IMG/VR virus record: IMGVR_UViG_3300023174_000118
Coordinates: 22,844-86,843 of that record
Strand: one strand, 5' to 3'
From: a virus
Length of the DNA stretch: 64,000 bases
The translations under genes were made by a program, and so were the position numbers. Under the pieces are notes generated by a model. That model was given only the letters and a program-made list of their open reading frames with translations, was not told the origin of the DNA and ran no database searches. This document shows positions 40,878-50,996 of the stretch, in pieces; the first letter of the stretch is position 1, and each line of letters begins with the position of its first letter.

Positions 40878-41798
40878 TTAATAATAAAGATAAAGAATTC
40901 CTGCTCCACCTGCTCCGCCAACAGTATTTCCACCACCACCTCCGCCGCCGCCTGCGCCGCCATTACCTCCAGTATAACCTACTCCATTTAAACCATTGCC
41001 AGCTGTGCCACAACCGCCGCCGCCAGAGCCAGCTACGCCAAACAATGAGCCTACTCCGCCTAATGCGGTTACACCTTTTTGAATATTAAAACCATTTCCT
41101 CCAAAACCACCTGGTCGAGTGGCCGTGCCTGCACCTGCACCGCCGCCTACTAAACCACTACCTCCGTTTTTACCATTATTACCTCCTGCGCCCCCGCCTG
41201 ATATGCCATCTCCGCCATTACCTAAACCTCCGCCGCCTCCTGCGCTACCTGCGCTACCATTTGGCGATGTCGTTATATTTCCATTAACGCCGCCAGGTAT
41301 TCCCCAATAATTAGTGCTACCTGAAGCACCATTTGCACCACCCTGACCACTGCTGCAGCCGCCACCGCCGCCGCCTAAAAAACCACCACCTGCACTATCA
41401 ATACCATTATATCCGCCTTGACCACCACCGCCAGAAATTATATTACCGTATTGCGTATAACCGCCACGACCAGGAGCAATTGAAGTAGATACCCCAGCAA
41501 TTCCGCCTGCAGCAACAATACAAGATGAGCTTGAAAGAGTCCAACCCCAAGCAACGCCGCCTGCACCACCGCCTGCACCACCATACCATCCGCCGCCGCC
41601 TCCTCCGCCTATGCAAATTGCATATACAAAAGTAATGTCGGCAGGAATTGTAACAGAACCAGTAGATGTAATTACCTGTTGAAGTTTTAACCCATAAGGA
41701 GTTATAAAAGATGTATTTATTGCTGGGGTATATGTATCATTTTGAGCCCATTGTGATACTTGAGAGCCTGATAATCCACGTTCAAATGAGTTAGCCAT
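40878..41798 (-). CDS. Polyglycine protein, class B
   Basis: QVSQW, PYGLKLQQ, AWGWT, TNYWG, ends ILYLYY. Confidence 0.85.
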   Translation of the reverse strand: MANSFERGLSGSQVSQWAQNDTYTPAINTSFITPYGLKLQQVITSTGSVTIPADITFVYAICIGGGGGGGWYGGAGGGAGGVAWGWTLSSSSCIVAAGGIAGVSTSIAPGRGGYTQYGNIISGGGGQGGYNGIDSAGGGFLGGGGGGCSSGQGGANGASGSTNYWGIPGGVNGNITTSPNGSAGSAGGGGGLGNGGDGISGGGAGGNNGKNGGSGLVGGGAGAGTATRPGGFGGNGFNIQKGVTALGGVGSLFGVAGSGGGGCGTAGNGLNGVGYTGGNGGAGGGGGGGGNTVGGAGGAGILYLYY

Positions 41799-41813
41799 TT
41801 ATACCCCTCCTTT

Positions 41814-42644
41814 TTAATAATATAGGTAAACAACACCGTTACCGCCTGAGCCAGCAGTACCACCAGTAGAGGCACCGCCTCCACCACCACCGCCTGAACC
41901 ACCATTACCGCCATTGTTAGCAGAAGCATTTGCGCCAGCGCCTGTGTAACCTGCTCCGCCACCACCACCGCCAAAACCTGTTCCTGTTCCTGATGAGCCA
42001 GTTCCACCAGCGTAGAAATCTCCAGTTCCACCAGCACCGCCTGTGCCTGTTCCTGCTGTTCCTGCTGCTCCACCGCCACCACAAATAAGTCCACGACCGC
42101 CAGCACCAGCAGTTTGAGTTCCTGTTGTAGTTGCTGAACCACCACCGCCGCCAGTATTTACACCTGCTGCACCAGCAGTACTGTTAGCACTCGGGCCACT
42201 TGCATAGCCAATTTGGCTTTGACCAGTATTTGGCGCACCTGTGTAAGAAATACTATTTGAGGAGGAAGCACCACCGCCGCCACCGCCTAATGTTGAATTT
42301 TGTCCACCTGTACCACCAGCAGCCATCACCATTCCATAAATTGATGAACCGCCGTTTGCACCAGCAGCCGCAGATGATGAACCAGTACCACCTGCGCCAA
42401 CAGTTACGGAAGTTGAAACATAAGTCCAGCCAGCAGAATATCCTCCTGCTCCACCACCACCACCACCGCCTGTAGCCTGTGTGCTTCCAGCACCACCACC
42501 ACCAATTACAATTGCATAAACTCTTTGAATACCAGCAGGAATATCTGTGATTGATGTTGTTCCTGTTGCGGTAATTGTGCGTTGCAGTTTGAGTCCATAA
42601 GGTGAATCGGTAAATTGTGAATTGCTATAAATTGATGCGCTCAT
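41814..42644 (-). CDS. Polyglycine protein, class A
   Basis: IYSNSQFTDSPYGLKLQ, SAGWTY, YGMV, ends VVYLYY. Confidence 0.85.
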   Translation of the reverse strand: MSASIYSNSQFTDSPYGLKLQRTITATGTTSITDIPAGIQRVYAIVIGGGGAGSTQATGGGGGGGAGGYSAGWTYVSTSVTVGAGGTGSSSAAAGANGGSSIYGMVMAAGGTGGQNSTLGGGGGGASSSNSISYTGAPNTGQSQIGYASGPSANSTAGAAGVNTGGGGGSATTTGTQTAGAGGRGLICGGGGAAGTAGTGTGGAGGTGDFYAGGTGSSGTGTGFGGGGGGAGYTGAGANASANNGGNGGSGGGGGGGASTGGTAGSGGNGVVYLYY

Positions 42645-42653
42645 AATTATCTC

Positions 42654-43553
42654 CTAGTAGAAAAGGTAAAGTATTCCTGCGCCGCCTGAGCCAGCAGTAC
42701 CACCAGTTCCAGCACCGCCTCCACCGCCACCGCCAAGACCGCCAGCACCACCATTATTTGCAGAAGCCGCAGTTCCATTACCTGCAATACCAGCACCGCC
42801 TCCACCTGCGCCGTTTGAGTTTGTTCCAGTAGTACCTGCTCCACCAGTTGTTTGTGCGCCAGTTAGGATATTTATTCCAGTACCACCTGAGCCACCTGTG
42901 CGAGTGTTTGAACTACTTTGTCCAGCAGCGCCACCGCCACCGACTAAACCTGAACCACCATTACCGCCCGTTGAGGTTCCAGTAGAAACTTGGCAAAAAG
43001 CGCCACCGCCTCCTGAAATTCCATTTCCCCCATTACCTCCTGCAACTCCAGCGGTAGTTGAAAAAAAACCTGAACCACCACCAGCACCATTTCCTCCATT
43101 GAGGTTGGTTCCACCTCCAGCACTACCACCTGGTATTCCCCAATAATTTGTTCCAGCACCGCCAGTACCACTTGCTCCAGCACCAAGAAATGAATTACCA
43201 CCACCACCGCCAGTAATAATGTTTCCATAGCGTGTATAATTACCACTACCTGATGAGCCACCAGCACCAACTATGCAAGTTGAGTTTGCTAAAGTCCAAC
43301 CCCAAGCAACTCCACCTGCTCCGCCACCATAACTGCTGCCACCACCGCCACCACCGCCAACTGCAATAGCGTAAACAAATGTAACTCCAGCAGGGATTGT
43401 TACTGATGTTGTTCCAGCGTTGATTGTCTGTTGTAAGCGCAATCCGTAAGGAAGAACAAAATGAGTATTAGATAAAGATGTTGATGCAGGAGAAGATGGG
43501 TGCCAATCGCTGACTTGTGAACTTACTTCGCCTCTAGGTAGATATTGATGCAT
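42654..43553 (-). CDS. Polyglycine protein, class B
   Basis: QVSDW, PYGLRLQQ, AWGWT, YTRYGNI, TNYWG, ends ILYLFY. Confidence 0.85.
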   Translation of the reverse strand: MHQYLPRGEVSSQVSDWHPSSPASTSLSNTHFVLPYGLRLQQTINAGTTSVTIPAGVTFVYAIAVGGGGGGGSSYGGGAGGVAWGWTLANSTCIVGAGGSSGSGNYTRYGNIITGGGGGNSFLGAGASGTGGAGTNYWGIPGGSAGGGTNLNGGNGAGGGSGFFSTTAGVAGGNGGNGISGGGGAFCQVSTGTSTGGNGGSGLVGGGGAAGQSSSNTRTGGSGGTGINILTGAQTTGGAGTTGTNSNGAGGGGAGIAGNGTAASANNGGAGGLGGGGGGGAGTGGTAGSGGAGILYLFY

Positions 43554-43563
43554 ATTCTACCCC

Positions 43564-43926
43564 TTATGCTATACGATTTACGTAACCTGAAATTGTAACT
43601 ACGTTAGTTGTACCAGCATATGCATATACTGAAGTTGCTGCTGATCCAGTTCCCGTCAAAATTAATCCAGGGACAATAAGCGTCAGACCTGATTGTGAGG
43701 GGACCGTAATTTTAATATCATTATTTGGTGAAGTTGTTCCACCATATTGAATAGTTAAAAGCACAGCTGAAGAAGATGAGTTATAGGCATAAAGCCAGAC
43801 CTCATCAAGGACAGTTGCAGAAATTCCAGTTGCATGGATTGTTGTACCTGTAGAAGCTGTTGCCGCTACTAAAATCGGGGCTCCTAAAGAGCCGCCTGAG
43901 AGTTGCTGTTTGCTATAAGTTGCCAT
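43564..43926 (-). CDS. Small beta-sandwich fibre adaptor-like protein
   Basis: GTTIHAT...DEVWLYAYN...ISGYVNRIA; similar size and terminal ISGx strand to 31437..31742. Confidence 0.7.
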   Translation of the reverse strand: MATYSKQQLSGGSLGAPILVAATASTGTTIHATGISATVLDEVWLYAYNSSSSAVLLTIQYGGTTSPNNDIKITVPSQSGLTLIVPGLILTGTGSAATSVYAYAGTTNVVTISGYVNRIA

Positions 43927-43965
43927 TTATATCTCCTTGTTATTTATATAGTATACCATTATTTA

Positions 43966-46140
43966 TTAAAAAATCTGACCTGCTAGCAATAGTTGATCGC
44001 CATCGCCTTTTGTAAAATTACCTGCTATGTCTATTGCTGATAATACTGTACTTGACGAATTTTGCCATTGCATAAGATCGGCGGATTGAGAAGCTGCCCC
44101 TTGAACCATTAATCCAATTCTTGCAGCAGTTCCATTAACTACTTGTACTTGATAGGTGTTATTTAAACCATTTGAGCCAAATGAGGCGGGTGCTACTGAA
44201 TATAGATATCCAGCAGTACCTATTAACTGATTAGATACAAATGCTCCTACGTTATTTATATAGGCTCTAATATTTCCATTTTGATCTTGCCATTGTGTAA
44301 GATCGGCTGTTGGGGCTACTACTAATGATCCACCTGATGTATATGTATCAACAAGAGAGTTAGTTACTGTAAATTGGGTAGGTGACACTGTTGCAATTGT
44401 TGCAGAAGTTAAGTTAAATCCTGATCCTGATGTAGCTCCTGGGTTTCCAGACGAGACTACCCCAGTGATTGTAATTGATTGCCCAGCAACAAGGAATCCA
44501 GCAACATTTGTTGTATAGGTTATAGTTGTTCCATTTGCTATAGCAGCAGTAATTGATCCAGAGGTGTTTGTGGATTGAATTACTAATGGTAATCCATTTG
44601 CAGCCCTTGGTCTTATTCTAAGAACACCAGTATTTATTGTATTATTAGTATTTGAATTCATTGCTATATATGCGCCACTTGAGTTTGGATCCATTAATCC
44701 TAAACCATAATAGTTTCCATTACTAATTACATTTCCACCAAAAAATGAAGATCCAGTTGATGTAACATAAGCAAGTAGGCCTCCGCTATTATTTCTCCAC
44801 TCTTGGAGATTAGCAGTTTGAGTAGAGTTTGCTGTAATGGTAAGACCAATTATGTTTTGATTATTAGCAATAGCCATTGTATTAGTCCCGCCATAATTAC
44901 CTTGAACTAATAATCCACCAGATATTACTGTATTTCCAGTAAATGCTGCACCACCTGCTGAGGTTACTCTTGCAACAACAGAGCTATTACCATTTTGCCA
45001 TTGTTGAATATCCCCAGTAGTTGTTGCTGTTGCAACACCGCCAGATGTATAGGTATCTACTAAAGAATTTGTTATAGTAAATTGTGAGCCCGTTACAGAA
45101 GCAATAGTTGCACCTGTTAAGTTAAATCCAGTTCCAGCAGTGGCAGATAAATTTCCAGTAGATACTACACCAGTAATTGTTACTCCCATTCCAGCATAAA
45201 TAAAATTTGGATCACTGCTTGTTGTATATGTTATTGTTGTACCATTTGCTGTGGCAGCAGTAATTGTAAAAACAGTAAATGATGATCTTACAGTTAGAGC
45301 TTGTTGATTTGCTCCAAGTGCTCTTATTAACATTCCACTTGAATTAAAAAGATTTGATGTATTTGATACAGGAACTATTTGTGCACCAGTTAAAGCAGCA
45401 TCTTGAATACGATTAGGCCATAATGCAGTTAATTGAAGATTTCCTGCGTTATCCATTCTAGCTAAGTTTGTACCACTTGAATTTTGCCATTCAGTAAGAC
45501 TATAAGATTGAGATGCATGTCCTCTTATAGACAATGGTACTTGATAAGGAGTAGGTGATGTTATAGATACTACTGAGTGGGGTCTTGTCTGTCCTAGCGT
45601 AGTAGCAACTCCTCCAGGAATAAATGTTCCAGCGGAATTATATACTGTATATGTGTATATATTTCCACTTCCGCTAACAGATTGAACTATAAAAGTTCCA
45701 TTAAAATATGATGGCAACATATTAACAACTGTTATGTATGAACCTGAAGCTACAAATTGAAAATTTATATTTAAAGTATATGTTGCAATAGTTGAAGATA
45801 ATGCAGTTGCTGAAATAATTGCAATTGAATGTGAATAAAATGAATTTGCAACACTAGAAGATCCAAAATACATATGTCCTGCTGCATTTATTCCAGATGC
45901 GGGTGTACCTAATAAATTTTGATTTTGTATTAAATCAGAAGTTTGTTGATTATTAGGTTTTGTAGTTAATGCAATAGAGGTTCCAATTGCTGGAGATATA
46001 ACTTCTGCTTTAGAATTAACTGTAGTTGTATTTAGTGTAGTTGTATTTATAGTATTAGTTACGTTTAATACATCGTCAACATTTAACTGAGATACCTTAG
46101 AAGGATCTTGATATGTATACTTTAATTTATCTAAAGCCAT
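43966..46140 (-). CDS. Mosaic fibre protein
   Basis: Three beta modules alternating with QTADLxQWQ repeats; ends DQLLLAGQIF. Confidence 0.75.
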   Translation of the reverse strand: MALDKLKYTYQDPSKVSQLNVDDVLNVTNTINTTTLNTTTVNSKAEVISPAIGTSIALTTKPNNQQTSDLIQNQNLLGTPASGINAAGHMYFGSSSVANSFYSHSIAIISATALSSTIATYTLNINFQFVASGSYITVVNMLPSYFNGTFIVQSVSGSGNIYTYTVYNSAGTFIPGGVATTLGQTRPHSVVSITSPTPYQVPLSIRGHASQSYSLTEWQNSSGTNLARMDNAGNLQLTALWPNRIQDAALTGAQIVPVSNTSNLFNSSGMLIRALGANQQALTVRSSFTVFTITAATANGTTITYTTSSDPNFIYAGMGVTITGVVSTGNLSATAGTGFNLTGATIASVTGSQFTITNSLVDTYTSGGVATATTTGDIQQWQNGNSSVVARVTSAGGAAFTGNTVISGGLLVQGNYGGTNTMAIANNQNIIGLTITANSTQTANLQEWRNNSGGLLAYVTSTGSSFFGGNVISNGNYYGLGLMDPNSSGAYIAMNSNTNNTINTGVLRIRPRAANGLPLVIQSTNTSGSITAAIANGTTITYTTNVAGFLVAGQSITITGVVSSGNPGATSGSGFNLTSATIATVSPTQFTVTNSLVDTYTSGGSLVVAPTADLTQWQDQNGNIRAYINNVGAFVSNQLIGTAGYLYSVAPASFGSNGLNNTYQVQVVNGTAARIGLMVQGAASQSADLMQWQNSSSTVLSAIDIAGNFTKGDGDQLLLAGQIF

Positions 46141-46162
46141 TTAGACCTCCTCCCGCCTTTTA

Positions 46163-49100
46163 TTAAGCTTGAGCTTCAGTCCAACCTAGTCGTCCGAACA
46201 CTGTAGCTGATGCTGAACCTAGATTACGAATAACAATTGTCATTGTATCTGGCCCATCTGGATAAATGTTAGCATTAGAGTTTGCAGAACCTCCACCAAG
46301 AACAGAGTTACCCAGATCACGAACTGATGTTAAATCAAGTCTATCTGTAACGCCTCCAGTAAAGAATCCACCTGCAACTTCACCACCAGTTATTGTAGTT
46401 GAACCAGCAGCATATGAAACAATTTGTGCAAGAGATGAATTTTGTGCTCCAGAATCTCCAACAGCATTTGTCCATGCAGTTGTTGATGAGGGGGTTCCAT
46501 TAAGTACTAATGTAACAAGAAGAGGTTGTGCTGTTCCAGTTTGAGTTAATCCAAATGAATCTAACTTAAGCTGCATTCTATTAATAATTTCACGGTTTCC
46601 AAATAAACCAACTTGTCCATTATCTACAGAAGGACCTACACGAATTCCAAGTAGTGCAATTGATGATCCTGCTGCAACTGTAGTTGCAGAAGTTGTTCCG
46701 TAAGTAAAGATCAAAGATTTATCGTCATCAAATCTTCCATCCATAATTGCTGCTGTACCCCAGTGAGATATAGAAGGTGCAAATGTTGGATAAGCTAATT
46801 CTACAGATGTTGGAGCAGTTGCAGAATATGTAAATGTTTGAGCCGTTGATCCCAAAGGAGCAAATATCAAAGTTGGGTTAGCGGCTGTTAACGCTTCATT
46901 TAATGTAATTGTTGTTCCAGAAATTCCAGTTACAAATGTTCCATCTGGCACTGGGCTTGGAGTAGTTGAAGAATAAACACGTTGTCCAAGTTGAATTCCT
47001 GTTGCAGATGTAACTGTTCCAGAAACAGATCCTGAAGTCCATGTAGTAGCTGTTCCAGCAACTGCTGATCCTGCTTGTCCACGAGTTAGACCAGTAAATG
47101 TAGTTAATGTTTTTCCAGTGTAATTAATACCTTCATAAACTGAACTATTTCTAACAATTAATGTTCCAGTTGAAGGAAATAACGATGTGTCATTTACTGT
47201 AATAGATGTATCACCTGAGTTTAATGTTGCTGTTGTAAATGATATTGGAGACTCTGTAGTTGCTTCATAACGAGCAACAAGGTTTCCTGAACGCATATAT
47301 GCTTCAGAGTTAACGTTGTTATTTGGCATTCTGTGGCAATAAATAATATTTCCATCAGTTCCTCTAATTCCCCAACGGATTGTTCCTGCTCCATACCATG
47401 AATAATCAATATAAAACATTTGCATTGTTGCTAGGTTTAAGTTATACCCTGAAGGGCCAGTTCCATCTAATTTATCAATATTGAATGCTGACTGTGCAAC
47501 TTTTGTTTCAACCATTTTTGTAACAGTTCCAAAAGTTACGTTTGAAGCACCACGATATGATGGATTAATTGTCATTGATGTATCAGAAGCAATATTAATT
47601 ACTTTATAAGATTGACCACGAAGAGCGATAAAATCTCCAATTTTTAATTGCTTAGAAAATGATGTTGGGAATTCAGCATCAGTTTGTGTAACTGTAGACG
47701 AACCAGCATTTACAGAAACTCTTCCGCCAATTTGTAATGTTGATGATCTACGAACTGCATACAGTGTTGATCCATCATATTCCCAAAAAACACCATTTTG
47801 ATTATCAAATGCTCCAAGTCTATTTTTTGCACCTGACCAACTTGCCACTGAAACTGCAGGATCTCCAGAAGCTGGGGTTGCAGTAGGAGCTGTTAATGCA
47901 GTATAAGTAAATGTATTGTATCTTGGTGCTGCCACAACAGTAAATGTTCCATTATATGCTGTTTCTGTTGCGCCAGTAACAACAACTGTTGCACCTGGTT
48001 GAATATTATGTGCTTCACGTGTACGAACTGTAACTGTAGTTCCAGATGAAGTTAACTGATCGATTGTTGCATATGGTCTTAAAAGAGTTCCAGATGATAT
48101 CTGTAAGCCTTTACCAGATTGGTAGCGGAATTGTCTACGTGTTTGTCTTGTTGAAGATACATTTGCCGATGCGCTATTTGAGCCAAACAATACTCCGCCA
48201 TCAAATGGTCTGTGAACATATTGTGATGTTGGTCTTACATAAATAGTTGCTGATGTTGCAGTTAAAGATGCTGGGTTTCCAATTGTTGGATTTGCAAAGT
48301 ATGCAAATACTGTTGGTGAAATTATGCTTGCAACTGTAAAATTTCCATTAGGAGGATTTGTTCCAGTAATTCCAACTACAGCAATTTCATTTCCTGGCAT
48401 TAATCCATGAGGAATAGTTGTTGTTACTTGTACTCTAAGATCTGTACCAGATACTGATAGCGTTGGTGCTGCTCCAATTGCTGATTGAGAATACAATGTT
48501 CCTGGAGTTATAATTGTTTTAGAAGCATCATATAAAGCTGTAATGGTTGTGTAGTTGGTAGCTCTTGCAGTATATGTAAAGTTAGTTCCTGCAGATACGG
48601 TCTCTACAATAAAGTTTCCGTTAGCAAACAATAAGTTTGTATCACGAACAAATATTGGAGTTCCTACTGCTGGTGGAGTTGTTGTTGCAACTGTTACAAT
48701 TCTTGCATTTGCAGCCATTGTAATAGCAGTTATGTTTAATAGTGGGACTTGGTTTTCAAAAGCCCATGGACGATTATTTGTAAGAGATACGTTTTCCCAT
48801 TTAGTTGTTTGTTGTCCATATTCAAAGTCTGTATCAATTAAAGATTGTGGCTGAGATACACGAAATTTACCTACTGGATCAGTAAATGTTTCAGAAGGAG
48901 AAAACTTCTCATCATATTCATCAATAGTTATTTGTAGCGTATCTGTGGCAGACATTGCTGTAGTATTAAAATTAAGAACAATTGTTGTAGTTCCAACTGC
49001 TGTTGCTGGAGTTAGTGTATATGATGTAGCTCTTAAACTAGGGTCAGAAAAATTATAGATTACTTGATTTGTTGTTGTATTGGTAATTAATGCTAGGCGT

Positions 49101-49186
49101 TCACGTCTAATGATTCTTGGAATTGTTATTGTTCGTGTAGCTGGAACAAATGTATATCCTGTTTCAAGTAAAATTTTTCTTGCCAT
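46163..49186 (-). CDS. Large virion structural protein with beta modules and a lectin-like core
   Basis: DPVGKFRVSQPQSLIDTDFEYG, RQTRRQFRYQSGKG, YIDYSWYGAG, ends WTEAQA. Confidence 0.75.
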   Translation of the reverse strand: MARKILLETGYTFVPATRTITIPRIIRRERLALITNTTTNQVIYNFSDPSLRATSYTLTPATAVGTTTIVLNFNTTAMSATDTLQITIDEYDEKFSPSETFTDPVGKFRVSQPQSLIDTDFEYGQQTTKWENVSLTNNRPWAFENQVPLLNITAITMAANARIVTVATTTPPAVGTPIFVRDTNLLFANGNFIVETVSAGTNFTYTARATNYTTITALYDASKTIITPGTLYSQSAIGAAPTLSVSGTDLRVQVTTTIPHGLMPGNEIAVVGITGTNPPNGNFTVASIISPTVFAYFANPTIGNPASLTATSATIYVRPTSQYVHRPFDGGVLFGSNSASANVSSTRQTRRQFRYQSGKGLQISSGTLLRPYATIDQLTSSGTTVTVRTREAHNIQPGATVVVTGATETAYNGTFTVVAAPRYNTFTYTALTAPTATPASGDPAVSVASWSGAKNRLGAFDNQNGVFWEYDGSTLYAVRRSSTLQIGGRVSVNAGSSTVTQTDAEFPTSFSKQLKIGDFIALRGQSYKVINIASDTSMTINPSYRGASNVTFGTVTKMVETKVAQSAFNIDKLDGTGPSGYNLNLATMQMFYIDYSWYGAGTIRWGIRGTDGNIIYCHRMPNNNVNSEAYMRSGNLVARYEATTESPISFTTATLNSGDTSITVNDTSLFPSTGTLIVRNSSVYEGINYTGKTLTTFTGLTRGQAGSAVAGTATTWTSGSVSGTVTSATGIQLGQRVYSSTTPSPVPDGTFVTGISGTTITLNEALTAANPTLIFAPLGSTAQTFTYSATAPTSVELAYPTFAPSISHWGTAAIMDGRFDDDKSLIFTYGTTSATTVAAGSSIALLGIRVGPSVDNGQVGLFGNREIINRMQLKLDSFGLTQTGTAQPLLVTLVLNGTPSSTTAWTNAVGDSGAQNSSLAQIVSYAAGSTTITGGEVAGGFFTGGVTDRLDLTSVRDLGNSVLGGGSANSNANIYPDGPDTMTIVIRNLGSASATVFGRLGWTEAQA

Positions 49187-49187
49187 A

Positions 49188-50936
49188 TTAGTACGCTCCT
49201 AGTAATATATCCATTGCTTTAAATGGATAAGAATATGTTGTAGTAGATGTTGCAAATCCTGCTTGAATCCTGCCAACAAAAGTAGTTCCTATTGGCGGAA
49301 CTTCAGAAAAAGACATATATCCATCTGAATCTAGTATAAATCCATCATAGCTGAAAGGGGTTCCCCAAACATATTCTGGTAGACTTACACTTTGAATTAT
49401 ACCATTAAGGGTTACTAAAAGCCTAAATGGGTTTGATATTGTTTGCTTTAAGCCTTGCCAGGTAAGCAAAAATCTATTTTCAATACCGTCAAATTGATAT
49501 GTTAAATTATCTATTGGCACTATGTCTAATTGTAGGTTAGGTGCTGTTATATTTCCCGCATAATCAACTTTAGCTAAAGTGTTGTTATTGCTATCCCACC
49601 ATTGTTGTAAGTCTGCAGTATTCCCTGCTCCAGATGGGTATACTATTAGCGATGGAGTTAATAAAGAAGAAGAACGAATTCTAATTGATGATCCTAATCC
49701 ACCATATGGACGTATAATTCCATTTGCACCATCTGATTGTATTACAACACCATTATTATGTAAAAATCCAAATCCGCCAGCGGTTGGTGCCAAAAATGAC
49801 GGTGCTGAAACCTGATAATTTGAAACCACTGAATTAGATGCAACTTTAAGTATTTGAGTTGCTGATGAATCTTGAACTTGAAATATATCTCCACCAGTTG
49901 TTGTTGATGCAGTTCCACCAGATGTGTAGGTATCTGATAAAGCATTTGTAACTGTAAATTGAGTTGCACTTGCTGATAAAACTATTGCACCTGATAAGTT
50001 AAATCCAGATCCTGCAGTCGCTGAAGTATTTCCAGTTGAAACAATTCCTGTAATTGTAACTGTTTCTCCAGCAAGAAATGTATTAGTTGCTGTATAAGTA
50101 ATTATTCCACCACTTGTTGTAGCTGCAGTAATTGTTGCAGTTTTTACAGCAGTTTGTTTTACTACAACAGGCCCAGATGTATCTTTTGGTTGAATTTGTC
50201 CAGATGAATTAATTCTTAATTGTATTGCACCTGTTGAGCTTTGCCATTGCATTAAATCTGAAGTTTGTGAAGATGCACCTTTAAATATAGATGTTGCAGA
50301 TGTTGTGCCAATGGGGGAGTCTACTATTAATGAATTACTATCTGATGCTGGCTGTATATACAATCTACCATTTGATGTAAATGTAGATCCACCACGGAAA
50401 TTTATAGATCCCGCAGGACCAACATACATCATTGTTGTTCCTGAAGCATTTTGCCATTCTGTCAAATTACCATTTGGAATAACTGTGGCGGTACCGCCAG
50501 AAACATAAGATGTTGTAGTAGCAGTAACTGTTATTGTAAATTGGTCACTAAATGCTGTTGCTATAGTTCCAGAAATATTATATGTTGTTGGGGAAATACC
50601 TGATATTGATACTGTTTGACCCGCCGAAAATGTATTTGTTGCTGTATATGTAATTGAAGATCCATTATTTACAGCATTTGTAATTGTGGCTGTTAATGTT
50701 GGTCCAGACTTGATAATTAAACCTTTACTACCAACATCTGGGATTGTAATAGTTTGTGGGACTGCGGTAAAATTATTAGCAGCATTTAATAAAGCGGCAT
50801 TAGAAGATGTTGATCCAATTGGACCTTGTATACCTACTGCTCCTTGAATACCAGAAATTCCCTGTATACCTTGTGCACCAAATGTTGCATTTAGCCATTG
50901 TAGGGAACCTGTATCATAATATTTTAATGTAGAAAT
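49188..50936 (-). CDS. Mosaic fibre protein (582 aa) apparently starting at ATT
   Basis: The frame of 49188..50465 stays open 157 codons further upstream (ISTLKYYDTGSLQWLN, GxQ collagen, beta module) with no ATG/GTG/TTG. The ATT follows GGGGGTGAAATAA. Confidence 0.75.
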   Translation of the reverse strand: MSTLKYYDTGSLQWLNATFGAQGIQGISGIQGAVGIQGPIGSTSSNAALLNAANNFTAVPQTITIPDVGSKGLIIKSGPTLTATITNAVNNGSSITYTATNTFSAGQTVSISGISPTTYNISGTIATAFSDQFTITVTATTTSYVSGGTATVIPNGNLTEWQNASGTTMMYVGPAGSINFRGGSTFTSNGRLYIQPASDSNSLIVDSPIGTTSATSIFKGASSQTSDLMQWQSSTGAIQLRINSSGQIQPKDTSGPVVVKQTAVKTATITAATTSGGIITYTATNTFLAGETVTITGIVSTGNTSATAGSGFNLSGAIVLSASATQFTVTNALSDTYTSGGTASTTTGGDIFQVQDSSATQILKVASNSVVSNYQVSAPSFLAPTAGGFGFLHNNGVVIQSDGANGIIRPYGGLGSSIRIRSSSLLTPSLIVYPSGAGNTADLQQWWDSNNNTLAKVDYAGNITAPNLQLDIVPIDNLTYQFDGIENRFLLTWQGLKQTISNPFRLLVTLNGIIQSVSLPEYVWGTPFSYDGFILDSDGYMSFSEVPPIGTTFVGRIQAGFATSTTTYSYPFKAMDILLGAY

Positions 50937-50996
50937 TTATTTCACCCCCTGATGTATTTATTATATCACTTTATTAGTTTATTTAAGAATAAACAA

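Noticed and set aside
50937-50945. Stop-codon readthrough from the in-frame GTG-AAA-TAA, or an alternative genetic code
   Set aside because: The GTG is part of the SD-like element; TAA, TAG and TGA all terminate genes normally elsewhere in the window.
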